This document shows, piece after piece, positions 54,044 through 62,671 of a DNA stretch of 64,000 nucleotides. The position numbers and the translations under genes are program-made. Positions within the stretch are counted from its first letter, which is position 1, and the number at the start of each line of letters is the position of its first letter. The notes beneath the pieces were generated by a model. It did no database searches and was not told the DNA's origin. It worked only from the letters and a program-made list of their open reading frames with translations. Origin of the DNA: Candidatus Krumholzibacteriia bacterium (GTDB lineage Bacteria; Krumholzibacteriota; Krumholzibacteriia; LZORAL124-64-63); contig CAWKEB010000002.1 in NCBI GenBank assembly GCA_963848505.1, positions 389,832-453,831 on the forward strand. The letters run 5' to 3'.

Positions 54044-55489
54044 ATGCGCAAGTCACTGCCGATGCTGGCGTTGCTCGTACTCGCGACCGCCCTGGTGGCC
54101 GTGCCCGCGGCGGCCATGAAGACCATCGACGAGCACCAGGACCTCAAGGGTCCGTTCCTGGACGGTCCGGCCGTCACCGCCGCCTGCCTCGATTGCCACG
54201 AGGACGCGGCCCACGACTTCATGAAGACCTCCCACTGGACCTGGCAGCCCATGCAGAACGTGGTGGGCAAGGGCCAGGTGCCCCTGGGCAAGAAGAATAC
54301 GGTGAACAATTTCTGCATCGCGGTCGATTCCAACTGGCCGCGTTGCACCAGCTGCCACGCCGGCTACGGCTGGCAGGACGGCAGCTTCGACTTCAGCGAC
54401 GCCACCAAGGTCGACTGCCTGGTCTGCCACGACAAGACCGGCACCTACCGCAAGTTCCCCACCGGCGCCGGGCACCCGGTCTATGAGCCCACCGAATGGG
54501 AAGGCAAGATCTGGGAGCCCCAGGACCTGGCCAGCATCGCCCGCGCCGTGGGCGTGCCCGACCGCGTCAACTGCGGAGCCTGCCACTTCTCCGGCGGCGG
54601 CGGCAACAACGTCAAGCACGGCGACATGGAACAGGCCCTGCTGCAGCCGGCCCGCGAGCTGGACGTGCACATGGGCGTCGACGGCGGCAACTTCAACTGC
54701 CAGGAGTGCCACGCCACCAACAACCACGACATCCAGGGCAACGCCATGTTCGCCTCGCCCGGCGGCACCAATCATCTGGAGTGCACCTCGTGCCACGAGG
54801 CGGATGTCCACGCCAAGCGCATCCTCAACTGGCACGGCAAGTCGATCGCCTGCCAGACCTGCCACATCCCCGAGTTCGCCCGCTCGGCCCCCACCACGAT
54901 CTGGTGGGACTGGTCGACCGCCGGCCAGAAGCGCGAAGTCCTGACCGACGACAACGGCATGCCGGACTACGATCAGAAGAAGGGCTCGTTCGAGTGGGGC
55001 AAGAACGTGGTTCCCGCCTACACCTGGTACGACGGCGTCAGCGGGCAGTACCTGCTGGGCGAGTCCATCAACCCCGACCAGGTCACGCGGCTGAACTGGC
55101 CCCAGGGCAACCGCACCGACCCCCAGTCGAAGATCTATCCCTTCAAGGTCATGAAGGCCAAGCAGCCGTACGACAAGGTGCGCAAGGTCATCGTCGTGCC
55201 CAAGCTGTTCGGCAAGACCGGCTACTGGAAGAGCTTCGACTGGAACGACGCCATCAAGCAGGGCATGGAGAGTGTGGGCCAGGAGTACAGCGGCGAGTAC
55301 GGCTTCGCCGAGACCGAGGCCTGGTGGAAGCTGAACCACATGGTGGCGCCCAAGGAAATGGCGCTGAAGTGCAAGGCCTGCCACGGCGAGGACGGCCGCA
55401 TGGACTGGGCCGCCCTGGGCTACGAGGGCGATCCCAACAGCAAGCGCGGCATCGCGCGCTTCGAGCTGAGCGAGGAATACAAGGAGTAA
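54044..55489 (+). CDS. octaheme c-type cytochrome, tetrathionate-reductase (Otr) family
   Basis: ATG 54044 follows GGAGG. There is a signal peptide and 8 CXXCH motifs. The spacing and motifs (TSHWTWQ, NNFCIAVDSNWPRCTSCHAGYGW, CLVCHD, VNCGACHF) match my memory of Shewanella Otr-type octahemes. Confidence 0.8.
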   Translation: MRKSLPMLALLVLATALVAVPAAAMKTIDEHQDLKGPFLDGPAVTAACLDCHEDAAHDFMKTSHWTWQPMQNVVGKGQVPLGKKNTVNNFCIAVDSNWPRCTSCHAGYGWQDGSFDFSDATKVDCLVCHDKTGTYRKFPTGAGHPVYEPTEWEGKIWEPQDLASIARAVGVPDRVNCGACHFSGGGGNNVKHGDMEQALLQPARELDVHMGVDGGNFNCQECHATNNHDIQGNAMFASPGGTNHLECTSCHEADVHAKRILNWHGKSIACQTCHIPEFARSAPTTIWWDWSTAGQKREVLTDDNGMPDYDQKKGSFEWGKNVVPAYTWYDGVSGQYLLGESINPDQVTRLNWPQGNRTDPQSKIYPFKVMKAKQPYDKVRKVIVVPKLFGKTGYWKSFDWNDAIKQGMESVGQEYSGEYGFAETEAWWKLNHMVAPKEMALKCKACHGEDGRMDWAALGYEGDPNSKRGIARFELSEEYKE

Positions 55490-55518
55490 CGGCGGGCTGC
55501 AGCCGCCGGCACCGGACG

Positions 55519-55546
55519 AAAAGGGCGCCCCTGGGGGCGCCCTTTT
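55519..55546. terminator. bidirectional intrinsic terminator
   Basis: AAAAGGGCGCCCC-TG-GGGGCGCCCTTTT, with an A-run and a T-run flanking it, lies between convergent genes. Confidence 0.65.
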
Positions 55547-55568
55547 CCGTATCCGGTTGACCGGCAGG

Positions 55569-56567
55569 CTAGCGGGTCGCGGCCGGGAAGACCGTCGTCC
55601 AGTCCCGCTTCATGTCCACCACCGTCCAGCCGCGCGCGGCCGACTCGTCCAACGCCTGGTCCAGCCGGCCCACCCTCGACTCGCGGTCGTAGGCCCACTC
55701 GCGCTCGGCGTCGGTGTGGTGCACGATCAGGCCGAAGCGGGCGCCCGGGCCGCCGGTTGCCCACTGCAGCATCTGCAGGTCGCCGTCCGAGTTGCCGAAG
55801 GCCGCAATGGGCCTCCGGCCGATGAACCGGTGGATGCCGACGGGCTTGCCGGCCTTGTCGTCGATGAAGTCGATCTCCGGCAGCCGCACGATCACCGGCT
55901 CGCCGTCCTGCAGCTCGAATGCGGTCTTGATGCTGCTGCCGATCACCTGCTCGGGTGGAATGCCGTAGACCTGCTCCGTCCACGGACGCATGAACTCGAT
56001 ACCGCCGCCGGAGACGATCCAGGTGCTGAAGCCGTGGTCCCGCAGGTAGGCCAGCAGCTCGAGCATGGGCTGGTAGACGGTCGCGGTGAAGGGACGGTCC
56101 AGGGTCGGGTGCCGGGCCGCGGCCAGCCAGGCGGTCACGATGCCGGTGAACTCGTCGCTGGTCATGCCCGCGTGGCTGGCCACGATCAGCTCCAGCAGGC
56201 CGTGCTCGCCGGCGGCAAACACCTGGTCCAGGTCTCCGTCCACGGCCGCCATGAACAGCGGCTGCTGCGCCCATTCGGGGTGCTCAGGAGCCAACTCCCG
56301 CACGCGGTCCAGGGCGAAGGCCAGCTGTCCGTAATAGGGCTGCTCGGCCCACAGCGTGCCGTCGTTGTCGAAGACGGCGATGCGCTCGGCCGCGGGGACG
56401 AATTCAGGGCTCGCCGGATCGCTGACCCGCTGCACGAACGACGTGACGGCATCGCGGGTCGGGCCGGCCGCCCACGAGGGCAGGGGGTCGGCGGGGCCGT
56501 CGCCGCTCCCGGCGCTGCAGCCGGCGAGCGCGACGGTACAGATCACCAGGACGGAGCGAAGGAACAT
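55569..56567 (-). CDS. HAD-superfamily hydrolase lipoprotein (subfamily IB-like)
   Basis: The lipobox is VALAGCS. HAD motif I is VFDNDGTLW. VSGG and GNSDGDLQML are also present. Confidence 0.8.
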   Translation of the reverse strand: MFLRSVLVICTVALAGCSAGSGDGPADPLPSWAAGPTRDAVTSFVQRVSDPASPEFVPAAERIAVFDNDGTLWAEQPYYGQLAFALDRVRELAPEHPEWAQQPLFMAAVDGDLDQVFAAGEHGLLELIVASHAGMTSDEFTGIVTAWLAAARHPTLDRPFTATVYQPMLELLAYLRDHGFSTWIVSGGGIEFMRPWTEQVYGIPPEQVIGSSIKTAFELQDGEPVIVRLPEIDFIDDKAGKPVGIHRFIGRRPIAAFGNSDGDLQMLQWATGGPGARFGLIVHHTDAEREWAYDRESRVGRLDQALDESAARGWTVVDMKRDWTTVFPAATR

Positions 56568-56648
56568 GGCATTCTCCCGGAAGCGGGCGGCCGCCGCACC
56601 GGGCGATGCGGCGGCCGCTCCATGAGTGATGGTTCGCGACCGGCCGGA

Positions 56649-58241
56649 CTAGCCGCCGCTCGGCACCAGCTTCTCCATGACCTGCTCAAGGCTGAAGCTC
56701 GCCGCCTTCTGCCGCGGCGGGTAGTCCTTGAAGGTGGCCAGGAAGCCGCCCACGTAGGCCTGGGCCGGCACCAGCAGGTAGGCCCGGTCGATCATCCAGT
56801 CGTAGTAGGTGTTCGAGGTGATCTGGGCCCGCTCGTAGGGATCGCGGCGCAGGTTGAACATCAGGGGCAGGCGCAGGGGCGTGAACGGCTCGGCCCACAC
56901 CCGCAGTGTGCCCTGGGCCCGCTGCTCCATGAAGACCAGCTTCCAGTCCTCGTAGCGCAAGGCCGTGAGGTCGCCGTCGTCCGAGAAGTAGAAGACCTCG
57001 CGCCGCGGCCCGGTCTCGACCTGGCCGGTCAGCAGGGGCAGCATGTCGTAGCCGTCGAGATGCACCTTGTACTTGCCGTCGCCGAGCTTGGCGCCCTTCA
57101 GCAGCTGGTCCTTGATGTCCTTCGCGCCGGCCGCCGCGGCGAAGGTGGGCAGCCAGTCCATATGGTGAACGATCTGGTTGTTCCAGCTGCCGGCAGCGAT
57201 GTGGCCGGGCCAGCGCACCATCGCCGGCACGCGCCAGCCGCCTTCCCAGTTGGTGTTCTTCTCGCCGCGGAACGGCGTGGCCGCCGCATCGGGCCAGCTG
57301 TTGTAGTGGGGCCCGTTGTCGGTCGAGTAGAAGACCAGCGTGTTGTCGGCGATGCCCAGTTCGTCCAGCAGCTGCAGGAACCGGCCGATGTGCATGTCAT
57401 GCTCGACCATGCCGTCGCCGTACTCGTCCTGGCCGGAGATGCCGCGCAGCTCGGGCTTCACGTGGGTGCGGAAGTGCATGCGCGTGCCGCTCCACCACAC
57501 GAAGAACGGCTTGCCGGCCTTGACCTGCTCGCGGATGAACGCCAGGGCGCGGTCGGAGGTCTCGTCGTCGACGGTCTCCATGCGTTTCTTCGTCAGCGGC
57601 CCGGTGTCCTCGATCCTCTGCTTGCCGCCGGGCTGGGACCACGAATGGATCACGCCGCGGGGGCCGAACTTCTCACGGAAGGTCTGGCCGTCGGCCAGCA
57701 CCATGTCGCCGGGGTAGTCCTCGTTCTCGGGCTCCTCCTCGGCATTCAGGTGGTAGAGGTTGCCGAAGAACTCGTCGAAGCCGTGCATGGTCGGCAGGTG
57801 CTCGTCGCGGTCGCCCAGGTGGTTCTTGCCGAACTGGCCGGTGGCATAGCCCTGGGCCTTCAGCACGGTGGCGATGGTCGGATCCTCCTTCTGCATGCCT
57901 TCCTTGGCGCCGGGCAGGCCGACCTTGGACAGGCCGGTGCGGAACACGCTCTGGCCCATGATGAAGGAGGCTCGGCCGGCGGTGCAGCTCTGCTCGCCGT
58001 AGTAGTCGGTGAAGGTCATGCCTTCGCGGGAGATGCGGTCGATGTTGGGCGTCTGGTAGCCCATCACGCCGTGGGTGTAGGCGCTGATGTTTGACTGGCC
58101 GATGTCGTCGCCCCAGATGACGAGGATGTTCGGCTGTGGCGGGGGTGGCGTTGCGGTCTGGGCGGCCGCCGTGGCGGCCAGCACGAGCGCGGTCAGCACC
58201 AGCAGGCAGGCGGGCGCGACCAGGCGTCGGGTCTTCGACAT
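56649..58241 (-). CDS. arylsulfatase (Cys-type sulfatase family)
   Basis: A signal peptide with KTRRLVA may be Tat-type. Motifs are NILVIWGDDIG and the C-x-A-x-R site SCTAGRASFIMGQ. Confidence 0.9.
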   Translation of the reverse strand: MSKTRRLVAPACLLVLTALVLAATAAAQTATPPPPQPNILVIWGDDIGQSNISAYTHGVMGYQTPNIDRISREGMTFTDYYGEQSCTAGRASFIMGQSVFRTGLSKVGLPGAKEGMQKEDPTIATVLKAQGYATGQFGKNHLGDRDEHLPTMHGFDEFFGNLYHLNAEEEPENEDYPGDMVLADGQTFREKFGPRGVIHSWSQPGGKQRIEDTGPLTKKRMETVDDETSDRALAFIREQVKAGKPFFVWWSGTRMHFRTHVKPELRGISGQDEYGDGMVEHDMHIGRFLQLLDELGIADNTLVFYSTDNGPHYNSWPDAAATPFRGEKNTNWEGGWRVPAMVRWPGHIAAGSWNNQIVHHMDWLPTFAAAAGAKDIKDQLLKGAKLGDGKYKVHLDGYDMLPLLTGQVETGPRREVFYFSDDGDLTALRYEDWKLVFMEQRAQGTLRVWAEPFTPLRLPLMFNLRRDPYERAQITSNTYYDWMIDRAYLLVPAQAYVGGFLATFKDYPPRQKAASFSLEQVMEKLVPSGG

Positions 58242-58325
58242 GGGTTGCCCTCCAGGAAACTCGGCACATGGTTGGGAATCGACGGATTATGCCCGGAAAG
58301 TTAAGCCGGGACCAACTTGATCGCA

Positions 58326-59759
58326 TCAATCAATTTCAAACCCCTCCCCCAACCGGGGCACCGCGACCTCGACACCGCTGATCTCGCGCAGCTTCTGCGC
58401 CAGGTGCGCCGACGACTCGGGTTCCCCGTGCACCACGAAGATGCGCCGCGGCGGCTGCGGGGCCGTGGCCAGCCAGCGCAGGATCTCGCCGCGGTCGGCG
58501 TGGCTGCTGAGACCCTCGACAGTCATCACCCGGGCGTTGACCGGCACGTTCTGGCCGTGCATGCGCAGGGTCTCCGCGCCGTCGCGCAATGAGCGACCAC
58601 GGGTGCCGACGGCCTGGTATCCCGTCAGCAGCACCAGGTTGTTGTGGTTGGGCAGGCGGTGCACCAGGTGGTGCAGGATGCGGCCGCCGGTCATCATGCC
58701 GCTGGAGGCGATGATCACCCGCGGGCCGTCCAGGCTGTTGAGCTGCTTCGACTCGTGCACCGTGCGGTGCAGGTGCACCTTGCGCGGGAACAGGCGGCTG
58801 CGCCCGTCCTCGGTGATGTCCGCATCGAGGTTCCCGTCGTAGAGGTGGCGCGAGTAGATGAGCGTGGCGTCGATGGCCATGGGGCTGTCGATGTGGACGG
58901 GCACCTCGGGCAGGTCGCCGTCGCGCATCAGGTCGCGCAGGATCAGCCCGATCAGCTGGGTCCGGCCCACGGCGAAGCTGGGGATCAGCACCACGCCCCG
59001 GCGGCGGATGGTCTCGGCGAAGGCCTCGCGGATCTGGTCGAGCACCGGCGCGCGGCTGTGGTCGCGGTCGCCGTAGGTGGATTCCAGCAGCAACACGTCG
59101 CAGGCGGGCAGCGGCTCGGGATCGGTGTGCAGGGGCACGCCGTAGCGTCCCAGGTCGCCGCCGAAAATGATGGTGGTCTCGCCGGGGTTGACCGCATCGG
59201 CGTGCGCCGGGCCGTCACCCTTGATGCGCACCTCGACGAAAGCCGCGCCCAGGATGTGGCCCGCGTTGTGGAAGCGGGCCCGCACCCCCGCGCCCAGGTC
59301 CCGCCAGTGGCCATAGTCCGTGGGCGCCAGCAGCTTCAGCGCCGCCAGGGCGTCGATCGACGTGTACAGCGGCTCGGCCGGCTGGTGCTTGGAGAAGCCG
59401 CGCTTGTTGGCGTAGGCCGCGTCCTCCTCCTGCAGATGGGCCGCGTCCATCAGCATCAGCTCGGCCAGCTCGGCCGTGGCCGGCGTGCAGTGCAGAGGCC
59501 CCCGATAACCGTACTGCATCAGGCGCGGCACCCAGCCCGTGTGGTCGATGTGGGCATGGGTCAGGATCACGTGGTCCAGGAAGCCGGGCTCGAAGCCCGG
59601 GTCCTGCCAGTTCCGCTGCCGCAGCTCCTTCAGGCCCTGGAACATGCCGCAGTCCACGAGCAGGCGGCAGCCCGGCACCTCCAGCAGGTGGCGGCTGCCG
59701 GTGACGGTGCCGGCGGCGCCGTGGAAGGTCAGGCGGGGACGCGCGGGGATCGTGGGCAT
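58326..59759 (-). CDS. MBL-fold beta-CASP RNA-metabolising hydrolase
   Basis: Motifs are LTFHGAAGTVTGS, VDCGMFQG and LTHAHIDHTG, followed by a C-terminal beta-CASP-like region. Confidence 0.85.
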   Translation of the reverse strand: MPTIPARPRLTFHGAAGTVTGSRHLLEVPGCRLLVDCGMFQGLKELRQRNWQDPGFEPGFLDHVILTHAHIDHTGWVPRLMQYGYRGPLHCTPATAELAELMLMDAAHLQEEDAAYANKRGFSKHQPAEPLYTSIDALAALKLLAPTDYGHWRDLGAGVRARFHNAGHILGAAFVEVRIKGDGPAHADAVNPGETTIIFGGDLGRYGVPLHTDPEPLPACDVLLLESTYGDRDHSRAPVLDQIREAFAETIRRRGVVLIPSFAVGRTQLIGLILRDLMRDGDLPEVPVHIDSPMAIDATLIYSRHLYDGNLDADITEDGRSRLFPRKVHLHRTVHESKQLNSLDGPRVIIASSGMMTGGRILHHLVHRLPNHNNLVLLTGYQAVGTRGRSLRDGAETLRMHGQNVPVNARVMTVEGLSSHADRGEILRWLATAPQPPRRIFVVHGEPESSAHLAQKLREISGVEVAVPRLGEGFEID

Positions 59760-59835
59760 GGGCGAGGCTCCTTGGGGCGCGGGCGGACCGATCCGGGAGT
59801 TCCCCGGGGGACCGGGTCATGATATCATCGTCCTC

Positions 59836-62175
59836 ATGCTAAACCATTATGTCCCAGTCGTCACGCGGTGCCCGGGGGCGTGGCTGATCATCGCGCTCAT
59901 GCTGGCCCTGCCGGCCCGGGCCGACAGCGATCTGCGCGACCTCGGCAATCGACACCTGCCATACAAGTTCCTGACCGACGGCACCCCTACTGCGTCCCGA
60001 GTCCTGGATGGCGGCTGGTGCCAACCGCTGTTGATCACCAGTCTCGACGGCACCGGCGTGGTCTTCATGGCCCGCAATCCCGGCATCGTCCGCGTCGACG
60101 AAGGACCACGGTTCTCCCACGTGCGCTGGCAGCACACCCTGCCACCGGAGTTCTGCCACCGCGAACCCTGCGCCTCCCTCGACGGCCTGTGGGACGTGGA
60201 CGGCGACGGCGACCTGGACCTGGTGCTGATCAGCCCCAACGCCGACCGCAGGCGCTGGCTGCTACGGGCCCTGGACATCGAAAGCGGCGAGGCGAGCGCG
60301 GAGTTCGTGCTCGCCGGCGGGCCCGAGCGTCGGCAGGACGGCCGTTGGGACGGTCAGTACAGCGTGGTCGGGGTGGCCGACGTGCCCCATTCGAATGGCC
60401 CCCGGCGAGCTTTCCTGATCGTCGCTGAAGCCGGCTTCGACTGGGAACCGCGCGGGGTCATGGCCGTCGACACCCGCAGCGGCGAGATTCTCTGGACGGA
60501 CTTCGGCGGGGCCAAGCCCTCCAGCAACCAGGCGCACTGCGCCGATCTCGACGGCGACGGCCGGCCCGAAGTCGTGTACTTGGGCTCAGCCGTCAAGAAC
60601 CTGCCCGGACCAGTCAACGGCCTGGGTGACGATGTCTGCACCGTGGTCGCGGTCGGTGCCGACGGGACGCGGAAATGGGTCCGCACGCTGCCGGGCGTCA
60701 TCGCCGGCTTTCTGCAGACCGTGACCACCGCCGACGGGGTGTTCGTTGTCGCGGCGCTGAGCGGCGCGCCCGGCCACCCGCCGCAGCTGCTGGTCCTGGC
60801 CGGCGACACGGGCGCGGTCGTCGCCGCCAGCGAACTGCGCGGCACGCCGCGTGGGTTGACCTGCGTCGACGGACCCGCGGGCGTGGACTGCTACCTGGGT
60901 GTCGACAGCCTGGGCATCGTCCGCTACCACTTCGCCGGTGAGCTGCGGTTGGTCGCCGTCGCGCTGATCCGCGAATTGGCCTGGGTCAATGGTCTGGGTC
61001 CGCTGCTGCCCAACAGCGGGTTGCAGGTGCTGGCCACCACCCATGCCGGCCAGGTTCTCGTCCTGGACCGCGACCTCGAGCCCCTGGCCTACTTCACCGA
61101 TCCGCTGCAGCCGCGCCCGCCCGGCGGCGTGGCCATCATGCCGGTGGCCGGCCGCGATCCGCAACTGCGGGTCCTCGGGCGCGAGGATACCGGCGGGCTC
61201 AACCTGGTGCTCGCCCCCAACCCCCGCGCCATTCCCTGGGGCGCCCTGTCGCTGCTGCCGGTGGCCGGCGGCGGCACCTGGTACCTGCGCCGGCGGCGGC
61301 GCGGCGCCAGCGCAGCCACCCGCCGCGAGCTGCGGCTGCAGCTGCTGGCAAGGCTCGAGCTGTCGAACCACGGCGCCATCGGCGCCCTGCGCTCGCTGCG
61401 GCGCCTGGTCTGGATCCTGGACGCCCTGGAGCAGACCGAAGGCGGCGCCACGGAACTGGAAGCCCGCCTGCAGGATCTGACGGGCGAGTGCACCGCCCAC
61501 ATGCTGCCGGAGCTGGCCGGCACCCTCGAACTGGCGGTGTTGGCCGGCTGCGACGGCGGCGTCACCGGCCAGGCCCGCAGCGCCCACGAACGCATCGTCC
61601 GCGTGCTGGGCAGTGGCGGGCGGGGGCACGAGGACGAGCTGCGTGCAGCGGCCTCCCTGCTCGAGCAGGCGCTGGTGACCCTGCGCCACGGGCTGGAGGA
61701 CGAGTTCCGCGCCGACCTGGCAGTGGTGGTCGGCCGGGTGTTGGCCGCCCATGCCGATACGGCCGCGGACCAGGGCGCAACCGTCGCCGTGCGCGGGCTC
61801 GAAGGGCCGGTGTGGTGCCGCATCGACCAGGACGAGCTGGTCTTCGTCGTCGACAACCTGGTGGAGAATGCCCTGCGCGCCATGGCCGCCAGCGGGCGGC
61901 GGGAACTGACGCTGACGGTGATTCGCGACCAGGGCCGGATCCTGCTGCAGGTGACGGACACCGGCTGCGGCATCGCACCCGACGACTGGGAAGCCGTGAT
62001 GGAGACCCGCAAGTCCGAACGGAAGGGCGGCGGGCTGGGCCTGCCCGAGAGCCGGCGGCGTCTGCGCAAGCACGGCGGGAGCCTGGCGATCACCGCCAGT
62101 GAAGCAGGGACGGGGACGACACTCGTGATGAATGTCGCCCCCGCCCGCGCCCAGGAGCGCGTCACAGAACACTGA
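59836..62175 (+). CDS. sensor histidine kinase with a periplasmic FG-GAP/propeller-like sensor region
   Basis: ATG 59836. The N-terminal TM/signal segment is followed by DVDGDGDLDLVL and DLDGDGRPEV repeats and a second TM. HATPase motifs are VVDNLVENALRA, DTGCGI and GGGLGL. The H-box is unclear (possibly LELSNHGAIGAL). Confidence 0.7.
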   Translation: MLNHYVPVVTRCPGAWLIIALMLALPARADSDLRDLGNRHLPYKFLTDGTPTASRVLDGGWCQPLLITSLDGTGVVFMARNPGIVRVDEGPRFSHVRWQHTLPPEFCHREPCASLDGLWDVDGDGDLDLVLISPNADRRRWLLRALDIESGEASAEFVLAGGPERRQDGRWDGQYSVVGVADVPHSNGPRRAFLIVAEAGFDWEPRGVMAVDTRSGEILWTDFGGAKPSSNQAHCADLDGDGRPEVVYLGSAVKNLPGPVNGLGDDVCTVVAVGADGTRKWVRTLPGVIAGFLQTVTTADGVFVVAALSGAPGHPPQLLVLAGDTGAVVAASELRGTPRGLTCVDGPAGVDCYLGVDSLGIVRYHFAGELRLVAVALIRELAWVNGLGPLLPNSGLQVLATTHAGQVLVLDRDLEPLAYFTDPLQPRPPGGVAIMPVAGRDPQLRVLGREDTGGLNLVLAPNPRAIPWGALSLLPVAGGGTWYLRRRRRGASAATRRELRLQLLARLELSNHGAIGALRSLRRLVWILDALEQTEGGATELEARLQDLTGECTAHMLPELAGTLELAVLAGCDGGVTGQARSAHERIVRVLGSGGRGHEDELRAAASLLEQALVTLRHGLEDEFRADLAVVVGRVLAAHADTAADQGATVAVRGLEGPVWCRIDQDELVFVVDNLVENALRAMAASGRRELTLTVIRDQGRILLQVTDTGCGIAPDDWEAVMETRKSERKGGGLGLPESRRRLRKHGGSLAITASEAGTGTTLVMNVAPARAQERVTEH

Positions 62176-62671
62176 AATCCTGGGGGTCCCCGCGGGTTGG
62201 TCGAGCCGGGTGGGAGGGAGTGCGCCTGCCTTCGCGATTGATGAGATATCCCCCGCTTCGCGGCTGCCCGGGTCGTCCGGTATCCGGATAACCCGGATGC
62301 CAGGAGGCGGGGACGTTCGATATTTCAGACGATATCTGGCCCGGATAACGGCGCAACTCCCTCCCGGCCCGGTGGCCCTTCCGGCATGAACGGAAGGCCC
62401 CCCTCGCGAACGGAATTGCAAATGGCGTGCTCCGTGGGCTTGACTGAACACAATTCTTTAGTTGCTGTAATGAAACGATTTACAACAAGACATAATATCT
62501 CCGCATCTCTGCGTGGCACATTGAAAACCGAGTTCGTGCTATCACGACCCAGCCACAAACGCCATAACCAGTTGTTGTTAAACGATATATATCGTGAATA
62601 TTCAGATTCGTCACTTCTTGCTCAAACAATATGATCTTTGATGTTTTCGATTTGCGGGTTTCACGTAGCCG

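Noticed and set aside
62417-62432. Sigma54-like -24/-12 element on the minus strand (GAGCACGCCATTTGCA versus TGGCACG-N4-TTGCA), near an NtrC-family gene
   Set aside because: One G of the near-invariant GG doublet is replaced (AG). The element also points into the 3' end of a convergent gene, with nothing to transcribe.
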